DNA from: Paragordius varius
Taxonomy: Eukaryota; Animalia; Nematomorpha
Assembly (NCBI GenBank): GCA_964247055.1
Contig: OZ176055.1
Coordinates: 2,976,001 to 3,040,000 of the forward strand
Direction of reading: 5' to 3'
Length of the DNA: 64,000 bases
A program made the translations under genes and the position numbers. This document shows positions 39,190-51,848 of this stretch, piece by piece. A model generated the notes under the pieces. The model saw only the letters and a program-made list of their open reading frames with translations. It did no database searches and had not been told where the DNA came from. Position 1 is the stretch's first letter; each line of letters starts with the position of its first letter.

Positions 39190-42100
39190 ATAAAGAAATT
39201 TTACAATTATCCCAAATCCTTACAAAAATTACAAGATTCCAAAACTCGGCTAAATAAAATTAAAAATGAAAGAAAAATGGATTACCAGAAGTTCACAAAT
39301 TTTACCGCCTACACATCTCAATGTCTATCTGTGGATAATTACAAAATTGATTGGTCTTTTATCTCTATTAATAAATTGGTATATTTACGACTTATGTAAT
39401 TATTAAATAAAACCTATAATTAAAAAACGGTTGTCTATAATAATAGATTAAAAGCAAAAATGTATTTCAACAAATTCTTCGTGGTTTTTACCTCAACAAA
39501 GGCACAAACGTTCGACACCATGTTTGGATAAAAACGGCAATTGCTGGTAAGGACCTAAACAAAATAATATTTGTATTAAGTTGTAAATTAGACCTTAAAA
39601 TATATTTTGCGCACTTTTTAGTTAAAATAACAATCTATTAATCGATAGATACCAACAAAATATCATATAAAGTTGTTAGAGAAGCACTAAACGAAATCCA
39701 AATACTGAAATTAGTGGGAAAGCATGACAATATAGTTCGTTTTTATGGATGGGCAGAATACCAAAGTAAAATTTTAATTCTACATTTATGCAAACTATGA
39801 CTAACTTATGTTTAATATATAAACTTCTATGTTCTATATAACACATTATTTTTGACTAATTTTATTTGTATGCATTGAAAGGAATCCAACTTTAAACCGA
39901 ATTTGAAACTGTGTGGGGTGGTGGCAAAAAAATAAATAAGACACTTAGTAAATATCGGTTATTCAAATGGACATAATTTTTTCTATTATGCGATGATATT
40001 TAGTGTTTTATTCAATATTGTATGATAATATTGCACAAATATATATAAAAAAAATTAAATTGCACCGAAATAATTGCATATGAGGTTTCAAGGGAAGGTA
40101 GACCTTAATTATATTAAAAACTGAGGATAGGACCCTGATCTATTTAGTTCCAAATTGGGATTGAGAATTAAAAATTGAGAATATTGTTAATAGAGCTTAT
40201 TAATGCCTTTTGTCGGTTGGTTAAAAAAATGCGCCGGGGCCTGTTACCATAAAATAATCGGTCAGTCTTAATCTATGCATAAAAATTTCATATTATTTAT
40301 CTTTCATTTAAAATAGGTGTAATTTTTACACGGCAATTGTATTTCTAGTTCGGCTAATTAAGAGTTTATGCAATTGCGTATAATTAAAACAATTATTTTT
40401 TATATGCACGATTACTCTACGACTCCAATTTATTGAATTATTTTTAAAGCATATTATTTCTATTTAGACACTTTATATGTTGTGCTGGAAGAACCTCTAT
40501 ATGCAGATTTAAAAACGTATTTGGCAAATTTATCTGAGCACTCAAATGAAGAAAAAATTAAAGATACAAACCACATATATGAAACCATAAATGATGACAG
40601 TTATTATCATGATAATTATGATGGGGAAAAGGAAACTTTATTAAAACATGTCACATCGAATTCCATTTCAAACTACACAATACTTCGCTTATGTCGAGAT
40701 ATAATTAATGGAATGATACATTTAACCAAGTTAAAGGTAGGTTGCATATTTTGAAACTTTATCTAGTGGGAGATTAAATCGTTAATTTATGCAGTAACGA
40801 GCACTTTAATAGGCAATATCAGAATTTTAATGTCAAAAGGATATTTACAGTCATGTATCCTTTATTTTATCAAAAAAAATTTTCTTTTTCGTTAAATGGG
40901 TATAAATATTTGTTAAAAATGAAAAACAAGAGCTCTTTGGTAATAACAATATATTATATTCATCAAAAAAATAAAGAAGTGTGGTGGACAGGCGTGGAAA
41001 ATATTGTATGGAAAACTTGTTTAATTATATTGATGTTACACTAATAACTAACCCTTTATCTCAAATTTAATGTTAAAAGAACATGAAATTTACTATATAA
41101 GATTTTCACGCCTTACCCACACTTTTTTTACTTTTTTTATAAATTGTTGAATACCATAGAGCTCTTGTTTATTCAACGAAAAAAAAATAATAAAATAAAG
41201 GATACATTAATGTAATTTACAAGTGTGTTGCCATGAATAAGATTTTTCGTTTTTTTAATTAAAAATTGAGAAGAAGAAATATACTCTCCAATTAATTATA
41301 TAACTAATAGAATGAAACATCCTACACATGGCAACATCTAAATTAAATACACCTTTAGGCATTGAAAATACAGAAATGGCCTATTATAAAACTCTTTGTA
41401 ATCTGCCTTTTATAAAACTAATGTTCGTATCATATTCGTAATACATGTGTTTTATCGGTTATAGTTACATTTTAGTAATTAGAGACTTTTTTTATACTTT
41501 GCAATATATAGATCGTTCATCGAAATTTATGTTCAAGTTCTATTTACTTGGGCATGGATAGCTATCAACTGACTTTAGTAGCGAAAATTTCAAATTTTGA
41601 ATTGGCCACCCACCCTACAATAAATCTCACACAAGATATTATAAATGTATCATTTTATTATCACATAAAAAAATTATAATGGAAGAAACACACACTAAAG
41701 CAATGAACCGCGGCCTACGAGCGTTCTGAATTATTTATTTAATTTTTTAATGTGCTTATTTTTAAATATGGTACACAGACCTTGAGATAAATAAAATATT
41801 CAAACAATCTTTGGATTAATGCCTCTTATGTAGTTCAAATGTAATTTTAAAATTGTGGGGCAAATTGATACGACTTTGTGGCTTTTTTTAGTAGATAATA
41901 TCTAAGGGTAAATTAATTCCAGCTTTTATTGGTTTAATTAAAATTAGAATAAATGGTTAGTCAGTCATTTTGCCTATGCTCCTGCCATCTTTGAAAAAAT
42001 TTCCAAATTTATGTTTTTAACCCTGCAATATTGTAAAGATATATTTAATAAGCGTGAAACTGTCATATACCAAAATAAATGACTTCAAGTGATATAGATT

Positions 42101-45100
42101 TTGTCAATTCAAAACACATTTTGGTCCGTTTATTTTGTATCAAGAAACGTACCTTATGACATGTTAATTACGAAAATATGGTTTTTCGAATTAGGATTGT
42201 TTATAGTGCTCACGTTGAGTGATGCGTTAATCTCGGATACTTTTAAATTAATCTCGTATACTTTTAAATTAATCTCTACTTTTTAACTCGTTTTATATTA
42301 TTTTTTAGACTTCATTGGATATACCGATGCGGTGGATGGCCCCTGAAACATTTTTAAATCATTTATATTCAGAAAAATCAGATGTATGGTCATTTGGTAT
42401 TGTTATCTGGGAGATGTTGACAAGAAGTAACAAACCCTATTTATTATTAAATTAGTATATAACACACTGAGCAAAAATATCATGATGATAAAAATGTATT
42501 ATAGAGGGACGTATCTCATATTTAATTTTGGTTTTTGGCCCTACGAGTAATTAAGGAAACATATTTTCTTTTTTATGGTAATTGCTCCATATAAAAAAGT
42601 CTCAAAATTTGCGCATATTATGTCTGATGTGGTTTTTTGGTTAAAGCTAAATTTATTCCAATAATATTAATAAAATATATCTATAAAAGGCAAACATTAT
42701 TTTTTAAAATTTATTCTTGGTGGGCTGTTAAAATCTAAAATTCAGGTTCTCTTAAATAAAAGTGAAAAGGCCAGCTAGATTATGGCATCAAAGAACCAAT
42801 TTTTAAAAGGCATCCTTTGCTCAAAAATTTAATTTTCAACGTAATTTTGCTAAAGCGTACTTCATAATTTGAGGTATGATAAAAACCGTATAAAAATGCT
42901 TTAAGATATTACTTTTTTTACATATTTCAATGATGCTGACATTTCTATTGAGTTAAATGTCAATTAAAATTCGTTTATAAGCAAATCAAGGTTTATAGAA
43001 ATTTTAGCATCATCGAATTATACAGAAAAAGTTTGCATTTACTACCTGTTAGGTTTAATCATAGATATGAAGATGTTAACGCATTTATTAAAAAAGAAAG
43101 CTATATATATATATATACAGTAAATGTTAATTTTTAATATCAAGAATTTTTTTTTTAATCCATGTGGCATTTTTTTATCCTTTTAAAAGTTGTTTTACAA
43201 GCATATAAAAAATAACGCTTACATATATATTTAAATGTACTTACATGTCCCTTTTCGGTACACATACATGAGAGATACATTAACATTGCAATATGTTCCC
43301 CTTCTTACATTTATTATTTGAGAAATGGTAACATCGCATATGGGTTTTGCCTACTTTGATAAATATTTAGGTTTGATATAAAATTTTTGATAAATATTTA
43401 GGTTTATAACATTTTTTATAAAATTAGGTATTAATCAGTATGTTATGTGTTGAGCATACTTTGATTTTTAATTTATAATTTATTTATTTTTTTTATAAAA
43501 AATATTAAGTTTTTATTATTTTGTCAAAAAGAAATTTAGAATTAATGTATAGTTTTTGTGAAGAAGATAGTATAGATGAAAGTTTGCCATCAACATCAGA
43601 TTCAAACTATGGAGACACATTAATAACCCAGACTCCAGAGATCAAAAAAAGTATTTTTTATCCTTATTTTAGGGCAGTATTGGAGCAAAAGAAAGATGGA
43701 AAAAGCCATCTATCTTTTTCCATTACACAATGAAAAACCAAGTCGATGGTTTTGTGACTTCTTAGATATGACAGAATCAAGCATAAATAAATTGCGACAA
43801 AAGTTTATGCGAGGAGAGTCAATGATCATCAAGGGCCGAAAGAAGAAATATGATAATTTAAAATTACAGAAAATTATAGCTGACATCATTAAAGACAATA
43901 ATCAAATATATTTGGAGGAACTTTTAAAATATATTCCGGAAAACTTCAGCGTTTCCAGATCCACACTTTGCAAATGTTTGAAACACATGAATATTACACA
44001 CAAAAGAGGTTATTTTGAACCCATCAACCGTAACACGCCCCTAAATATAGACAAAAGATTTCAATATGCCCAGGATGTATTACAAAAAGATATGGATCTT
44101 TTTTTATGTGGATGAATGTGGATTTAATATAAATACTAAAAGCTGTTATGGGTGGGCCCCTGCGGGAAAATCTGTGGTTATAAAAAAAAGACCCAAATCT
44201 CCTAATGTATCTTTATTGTGTATGATTGGAATTTTCGGTAATCTATTTATTTTTATTTTAGGGGTGGTAAAGTATGAAGTAAAAATCGGCAGCTATGACG
44301 CTGCTGGTTTTGGAAATTTCCTTCAAGATGCCAGAAAAGTAATCTCGCCCGAAGATTATATAGTGTTGGATAACGCTCCAATACACCATGCGAAATCCAT
44401 TCGCGACAAGAGAAATCTTCTATTTATGCCGCCATACAGCCCCCAGTTAAACCCAATTGAAAATTTTTTTGCTAAAATCAAAAAAAGACAGGAAAGATGC
44501 CATTTCAACAATGTGGAAGAATTGATTGAAAACATAACTCAAATTCTTGAAAATATTCAGCACATTCATCTTTTTAAATATTATGAGCACACCAAAAAAA
44601 TTGTCAAAAATATTTGCTTAAATAAATTACCACTTGAACCAGATAATAATTATAAATAAATAAATGATATTATTTTACCATTTTTCGTGACATTTCTCAG
44701 TTTTAATTTTAGGTGATATAGTGTTTTTAAAAAAAGTCAGCAAAATCAAATTAATATTTAAATTTGTATAATACAAGTTTTATTACGCACATAAGCGATT
44801 TATATGTTATCAAATATATTTTTTTATAGTCTTTACTGCAATATTTTTTAATTAATTATTAAAAACTTAATTTTTTATAAAAAAAATTACATATAAAACC
44901 TAAAAAATTATTTAATGAAGTAGGCAAAACCCATATGCGATGTTACGATTTTTCAAATAATAAATGTAGCGAGAAGAGGAACATATTGCAATGTTATAAT
45001 ATATATCTCTCATATATGTGTACCGAAAAGGGACATGTAAGTACATTTAAATATATATGTAAGTGTTATTTTTTATATGCTTGTAAAACAACTTTAGAAA

Positions 45101-47593
45101 TGATAAAAAATGCCACATGGATTAAAAAAAAAATTCTTGATATTAAAAATTAACATTTACTGTATATATATTTACATGATACATACAAATATGTGTATAA
45201 AATAATAGATATGGTATTTGTATCATACATAAAAAATATAAGTTTAAACTCAAAACATATTAACATGACTGCACCCATAGGAGAACCCCGGCTTCCGGCG
45301 AATTTTCTCAGGGGAACGAGGCTCGATAAGACTTTCATCATTAATATTGTAATTATTATCATTTATATTTTCACTGTTAATCTCACTATTATTCCATTTA
45401 TTTTAACATTATTATTATTACTAACCATATTATCGCCCTACTTTACTATTGTTTTGAGTAACAGGGGCGTATTTGAGTTGGTGGGTGGATCGTTTCAATT
45501 GATCTACAAGCTTTCTGACAATGTTATCGTCCTGGTCTCCTATCCTGTATGATAGTGGGCCCGTTCTGTCAGCTACCTCGCCTTCTCGACATCTGGGACC
45601 ACATTTAAACATAACAACCGTATACGCAATTTCCCCTTCCTGGCTCATAATCCCAGACAACTTAACATCCCTCCAATCTTGATTATGAATCGCCTGATTA
45701 CCTTTTCCAAAATTTATCCTTAACTGTGTCTCTCCGGATCTCATCTCGACTTAAATGAATTACAGTTAGAAACTTAGATGTATCGCTACCATCCATATTA
45801 ATTGTATTAAGATTATCTTCACCGGAGCATCTTGACACGTATTCGGCCCGATGTTTTGGACCCGCCTATTTTTGGAAAAGATTTGCGCTTTTGAAAAAAA
45901 AAATTTTTAAGTCAAAATTTAGCATATTTTTAAAAGTTTTATCCCACACCGGTAAATGAATTAGCCCATTTGAGAAGAGCGAAAAAATTTGGGTTTTTGG
46001 AAGCCATCTAAAAATTAAATTTTTAAAAAATATTGTTGTGTAAATGTAGTTTATAATTTTGTTAATATTATTTGGAATGATACCTCTAACTTTCACTAAA
46101 AAAATTTAAAAAAAATGAATTCGTCATTTTCATATGGAGCACGCACACAAAAGTGTAAATAACTTTTTTATATAACTCGTAAGGGCCAAAACCAAAGCAC
46201 CTTAATTGTGATATATTTTATTAGAATATATATATTTCATCAGGTAATTTTTTATACACTCCCCCCTCCCGATTTTGGAGGCAAGGTATATTGTAATAAA
46301 ATTTATATATATTATTATGTTATATTTATGGGTCTTTTACTTAAAATATGATAATTGCTTCAAATCGGGTCTCAATATTTCCGTACATTTATCAAATTTA
46401 TGTTTTTTTGTAAAAGTTAAATGCTTTATTTTAAAGAATATCGTTAAACTATATCATAAACTACAATAAAAACACAAAACAATACTTATATTAAATCTAA
46501 AATTTTAACCTAAACTCAAAAGGTAGCAAACTCTTTTTAAAATAAACTTAATAAAAATGATTAAAAGGTTGCTTAAATTTGAATTTTTGTTAAACACATT
46601 TTATTGAACATAATTCTGAGATAGAGATGAGGCTCATTGAATATATCGAAGTATATTTATAATCTCTTTAGTTTTTATGACTTTTTACCTATTAAAATAT
46701 AAAACAATTTCAAAATTTTACTAAATTAAAGCAAAATAATCGAGATTAAATTATAAATTATGGCTTAATCTCGACATTTTTGAGTTAATTTTTTTAAAAA
46801 CTAGCCCATTTTAGAGAGTGTCTAACAGACTTTTATACCCTTTAGAGTTATATTAAATAATGTTTAGCTCTTTAAATATATTTAATGATATATATTAACG
46901 ATACTTTTGGAAAAGCATCAGGCGCTCACCAAAAAATGAGCCCTGATTTTAGAGTTTTAATATGGAGCAATTACTACAATAGTTCCAAAAACTTTCTTAT
47001 AATCACTCAGCCATAAAAATCTCTGATACATTTTTTACCCATATTTTACTAAATTTATATGGGCACTATACAAGCCTTTTATAATGCGATATGAAATAAC
47101 ACAAGTATAAAATGGCGGTGGAAAAGTTTGAGATGGATTATTACAATTTTATATTTTTAAAAAAATTGAATCATGCGTCCAAAAAGTTAAGCATATTTTT
47201 AATTTTAACTCAATACATACATTTTAAAATATTCGAATATAATTACTAAAATTTCCCAATAAATTCAAAGGGGTTGATGGTATCACTAATTTATTTTAGA
47301 TATTAATGATATTTAGTTAAATTTCTATACAAAAAATATAAATTTCTATAATTTAGGCGAACCTTACAGCGAAATATTAAATGACGAAGAATTGAAGGAC
47401 ATATTAATGCGCGGCTTTCGATTATGTAAACCTATCAATGATGAATCAAAATTGTATCTTGAATAAAATTATTTTTAGGTATGATCTAATGCTGTGGTGC
47501 TGGGACATTGTTCCATCAAAACGACCAACTTTTGTGCAACTCAAATTAACCATTGTACAATACATTAATTCCTATATACCCCATAAAAAATAG
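39190..47593 (+). CDS. Receptor-tyrosine-kinase-like pseudokinase domain with kinase insert (5' end uncertain)
   Basis: In-phase exons 39190(or ATG 39277)-39378, 39447-39546, 39649-39765, 40468-40736, 41512-41646, 42309-42426, 47357-47453 and 47479-47593. TK motifs [37 protein letters not shown] and CW..PSKRPTF. The catalytic loop reads HRNLCSSSI and the DFG position reads NFE. Confidence 0.85.
40848..41212. mobile_element. 365-bp Tc1-like foldback MITE flanked by TA, in pseudokinase intron 4
   Basis: TA|cagtcatgtatcctttatttta pairs with taaaataaaggatacattaatg|TA; arms of about 150 bp include acaagagctct/agagctcttgt. A matching right end occurs at 33215-33227. Confidence 0.7.
43118..45162 (+). 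mobile_element. IS630/Tc1-like transposon, 2045 bp, TIRs of about 250-280 bp, TA TSD in a (TA)n tract; DD29E transposase with two candidate micro-introns and one +1 frameshift
   Basis: TA|cagtaaatgttaatttttaatatcaagaa pairs with ttcttgatattaaaaattaacatttactg|TA. Motifs [16 protein letters not shown] and [11 protein letters not shown]. Model: ATG 43545, introns 43651-43672 and 44238-44261, an extra T in the run at 44099-44105 and a stop at 44659 give 355 aa. Confidence 0.92.
45230..45860 (-). pseudogene. Ty3/gypsy pol remnant (integrase C-terminal region plus upstream linker), locally GC-richer
   Basis: ORF 45430-45744 contains [23 protein letters not shown], like the G.V..RTGP.SY.V..RHVDQL tail of gypsy pol. 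Upstream [13 protein letters not shown] resembles the EIR..T.KD linker motif. Confidence 0.55.
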
Positions 47594-50051
47594 ATATATT
47601 TGTTTGGTAATATATCATTGGCCATATAAATTGTTTATTTATTGCAATAATTTATTGTATTTATCACATGCATTATGTTAATGAGCACGGCATTTTACCC
47701 GCTAAATTTAACAAAATTTTAGACAACCCACCAATAGTTAGATATTTAGTATGCTCATTTTATTGCAATTTAATAGCTATGAAAATTAGGGCTCTTAGGT
47801 CATACTTTGTAGAAGTTTTAAAATAAATTACTTCGTAACACTCAGTAGAAGAGTATTTTGGTGCTTTCTTCTCCTAAAAAGTGCGTTTCCTATATCAGCA
47901 CTGCATACTAATTTAACAAGTATATTTCATTCCACCTGAGAGTATTCTTTCATCATTACATTATCTTAAAATTGTAGTAACATACATATGGCTAAATTCA
48001 TAAATATTTGTTTGAGCGTTAAAAAATGAACACAGCTAACCAGATGCTTCTAAATTTATTAATTCCCAAAATATAAACTACTTAAGTTAAATAAAATAAT
48101 ATTATACTGTGTTGGCACCAAAGATCACTTGTTTCTGGTTTAAATAGTATAAATGATATATAATATAAATTAAATTAAATCATTTAACAGCATTGACATG
48201 TAGTTCCCAATTTTCCACTTTTATCCCGTCATCGATCATAAATATAACAAAAGAGTTCTGCATCATTTTTGGCACGCACGCCATTAGTACTTTTGCGTTG
48301 TTTGGTTTGGTGATTCTTCAGTTCTGTTCGCAAGGTAAAATTGGCCTCTTGTATTATTGACACATTTGTATTTGTGCCATAAACACCCAATGTAAATGTT
48401 ATAAATTACAGTATAAATTGAAATTATATACACTAAATGTAAAAACTAACCATATATTTTTAAAAAAACAATGCTTAAATCTGATTTAAATATAACTAAT
48501 TGTTTTGCATATGGGATAAAAGATGTAAATTGATCACTTGATTTTATGCAATTTTAACTAAACAGCTGATTTTTAAAACAATATCAAGTGTTTGCTGGTA
48601 AAATGCAATTTGAAAGCTTACTAAATTTACTTATTTACATTTTATAACCACATGTATATGCATATAGTATTAGCGATTTAAAAAAATTTAAAATGTAGGC
48701 GAAAATGTTTGAGAGGATTTCATTACAATTTGACATTTTTTATGATATTCAAATTTTAGCTCAAACTTTATCACCGCCATTTATTTCTTTAATTTTTTAA
48801 AAATCGTGAATACAACAGGCAATATATTGATATTATGGTTCAATATAAATAATACTAGAAAACTTCATATGATAATTAAACAGTAACTTTTAATATTTAT
48901 AGATTTTAATATTCAGCTGTTCGTTTTGATCCTGGTATAGCAAACTATAATATCAGACCCAGCTATTTTTGAAAATATGCATATTTTATATTTATCTAAA
49001 AAATGTGGCGTATTTTAGATTTTAAAACATGGGGAAGTTTAAAAACTCTCTATATGATATAAAATTGGCCAAATTCATGTTGGCTGACACCTTAGACTTA
49101 TATGATACTTAAACCGCGGCCCTAAAAGTGCTTTTTTGTGATGATTTGATTACCATAGCTTTTAAATATAAAGATCCAAAATACAGTAAAAATTGAAATA
49201 ATACGCACAAAACGTGAAAATATAAAGAATAATATTTTTTCAAAAAGACAACCATAGTTTTTTAATCTTGATTTATTTAAATATAACTAATTTTAAACTT
49301 TAATTATAGTATAGAAATATAAATTGGTTACACAATCAATTATGTTTTTTACGATTGTATTTATTGTTTTTTATAGGATAAAATAAGATTAAAAAAATAT
49401 GGTGGACTTTTGAATAAAAATGTTGTCTTTATATTTTTACATTTTCCGTATAATTTCAATTTTACTGTACTTAACCCATTTTTGATGAATAATCAGGTTC
49501 GTTTCCTATTTAAACGGTGCTGAGAGGAACTACTTCCAAAAATATTCTCAAAAATTAATATTGGCTCCTGTTCTTCTATCTTAGCGATTCCTAAAGCGCA
49601 GTTTAAAAAAGGAAAGTGAATCAGACCCGAAGCACCCGGTTTTTGGCCCTAAGATGTATATGCCGTTTCCTATTTTATTGCTATTAGCATTCATAATTTT
49701 AAAAAGGCAGCCATATAAATTGCTTTAACTCAATATAAGTAGAATACAATTGCTTTTAACCACATAAATAGCTACAATAAACGCATTAACGGACATAGAA
49801 TATTATTTCAATCTATCAAAACGAATTTTTTTTAGAATTAAGTGTATCTTTGCATCTCGTTCTGGCTCCATATAATTTGAAAACAATAAACAGAAAAATA
49901 TTGTTCCATTATTTGGTCAATGTTTTCAATTACTTATAGGTAATTTAACCATAATAAAAGTGAAAACTGTAAAGATATTTAAATTGCAAAAAATGATTAT
50001 ATAACATTGTGGAACAATGACGAGCCAAAAAATAATGATCTATATATATAC

Positions 50052-50524
50052 CAGGTGTAGGCAGTAGGGAATTAATCATTAAAATCAAAATATTGTCCAT
50101 CGGCTTCTACCTCCTCCCCGCGTTGGGAAATGCCAGAAAAACTGATTTTTGCGAACCATTTGTCAAGCCAATTCCCCACATATTCGATATTATAGCAGCG
50201 TTGCTCTGCACACTATGCTCCATTGATGCAAATAAGAGTTAGATGGCATCAGGTCAGGAGATTGCTTGCCCGAAGATTTCTCATCGAAGCGATTTTAAGG
50301 TGTCTTCATTGGTATCGCTGTGTTAGACAGATTATCATTTTTATGTAGCGAAATCTTACCAAATCTTATGGCCCATCCGGGTTTTCCCTCATGTTTTCTT
50401 CTAGTTAAACCGGTAATAAGTTAATAATATTTAAAAAATAAAAATATATTTGGAATTTTTCAATCCCTTTTTCTCGGGAAACGGAAGTCGATGGCATCCC
50501 TCTCTCTCGTCTTGGGTATGCCTG
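50052..50524. other. GC-enriched island, probably TE-derived (CAGG-type ends; weak LINE RT-like translation on the minus strand)
   Basis: Ends caggtgtaggca and tatgcctg, with TA at positions 4-5 of both flanks but no matching TSD. A minus frame gives LLFASMEHSVQ..IGLTNGSQKSVFL. Confidence 0.3.
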
Positions 50525-51848
50525 TGATAATGATATAAAAATGTTATTTGAGAAAAAGTGGATAATTTTTTTAAATTTAAATTTTAGAAAATTTTAAAAG
50601 AGCATACTTTTATTTTAACCTGGTGAAACGGCATACAAATATATTTTTTAGAAGATGGATGCCATATCAAAATCAAAATTTTAAAATATATAAAGAAATA
50701 TTTTTAAAATGAGCATTTAGTTCCAGGAAAAAAATTATTTAGCTGCTTATGCATTTTTTTAATAAAAAATTCCCACAAAAATAAAAATAATTTTAAATCA
50801 TTGGTCAGCCCTAAAATTAAAAGTACCATAAAAACCCAGATATAAGAATATAGATATTTTATAAATTATTTTTTTAATTTTTTTTACTTTTTTGTATTAT
50901 ATTTTGGGGTAGTTTCATACCCCAAAGCTAAAACCCTAAATAAACAGTGTTTTCAAGGTTGTTTTTAAATTTTGTTATTTCGATTTCAAAAATACTAAAA
51001 TCAGACTGCTTCAACATCAATAATTTTAAAATTTTCTGCTGAAATTCACAAGCTTTCTAAAGTTGATTATTGGAATTTCACTAATATACATAAATTTTTT
51101 ATTGTATAAGAAATTGAAAAAGGAAAAAAATGGCTAATAAAAATGAGATAAGAAAAATAATTTTTCAGATGCGTCTAAAAGGCTAAAGAATGTTTATTTT
51201 TAATTTTGGCCCAATATCATATTAACTTTTTAAGGTACTCGAATTTAAAATGGCTGTTAATTTTTTCAAATTTTTTTGAGGCATACTTTATGATGTTTGA
51301 AGCATGGTCGGCAAAACACTTTAAAATTTATAAAAACTTTATTCACTATTTATAACACATCGAAATTTTAATTAAAAGATTACCTTTGAAAATAAATTCG
51401 TGCCCTATAAATGCATTTTAACATTAACCTTGTTTTGCTTTATCTAGTTTATAATTTATTGGTTTTATGAAATTTTTAGCTCTCGTAGACAATAATTCCT
51501 GTGCTAATTTTGTCATTTGCTATCAAGTAACTACTACAACGGTGAGAATATTTTTAGAAAATCACGAGCCCCAAAGATAAAAGTTTCAAAATCTTATATA
51601 TTTTCTGAATATAGATATATTATGATATTTTTTAGGAATATGCCACGAATCTCGCTCTATATTTTCGAAGTAGGATGCTCATAGTTAAAACTCTGCTGTT
51701 GCTTGTGCATCTAAAAATCATTATATATGAATCAAATTTATTGGAAATATTCGTGTTAAATTTGGACAAATTTAGTTTTTTAACACTATATTTTATATTT
51801 TTTGTACGCGACAATTTGAGAGTTTCTTACCGCAGAACTTAAAATATT

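Larger units (their letters stand above)
42460..46260. mobile_element. Second copy of the 27111-28265 foldback family, split by nested insertions
   Basis: 42460-43110 is colinear with the left half of 27111-27730 (ggtttttggccctacgag, aaagcgtacttcata, gcatcatcgaattata). 45870-46260 is colinear with its right half (aaatttagcatat, cgtaagggccaaaaccaaagca, atttcatcagg). Confidence 0.7.

Noticed and set aside
43021-43110. Extra kinase exon before the Tc1 insertion
   Set aside because: Exon 42309-42426 joins 47357 in phase with the expected EPY motif, and this segment is homologous to the foldback repeat.
45193-45552. 119-aa hydrophobic plus-strand ORF
   Set aside because: It is antisense to the gypsy remnant and an AAT-rich tract, so the hydrophobicity is compositional.
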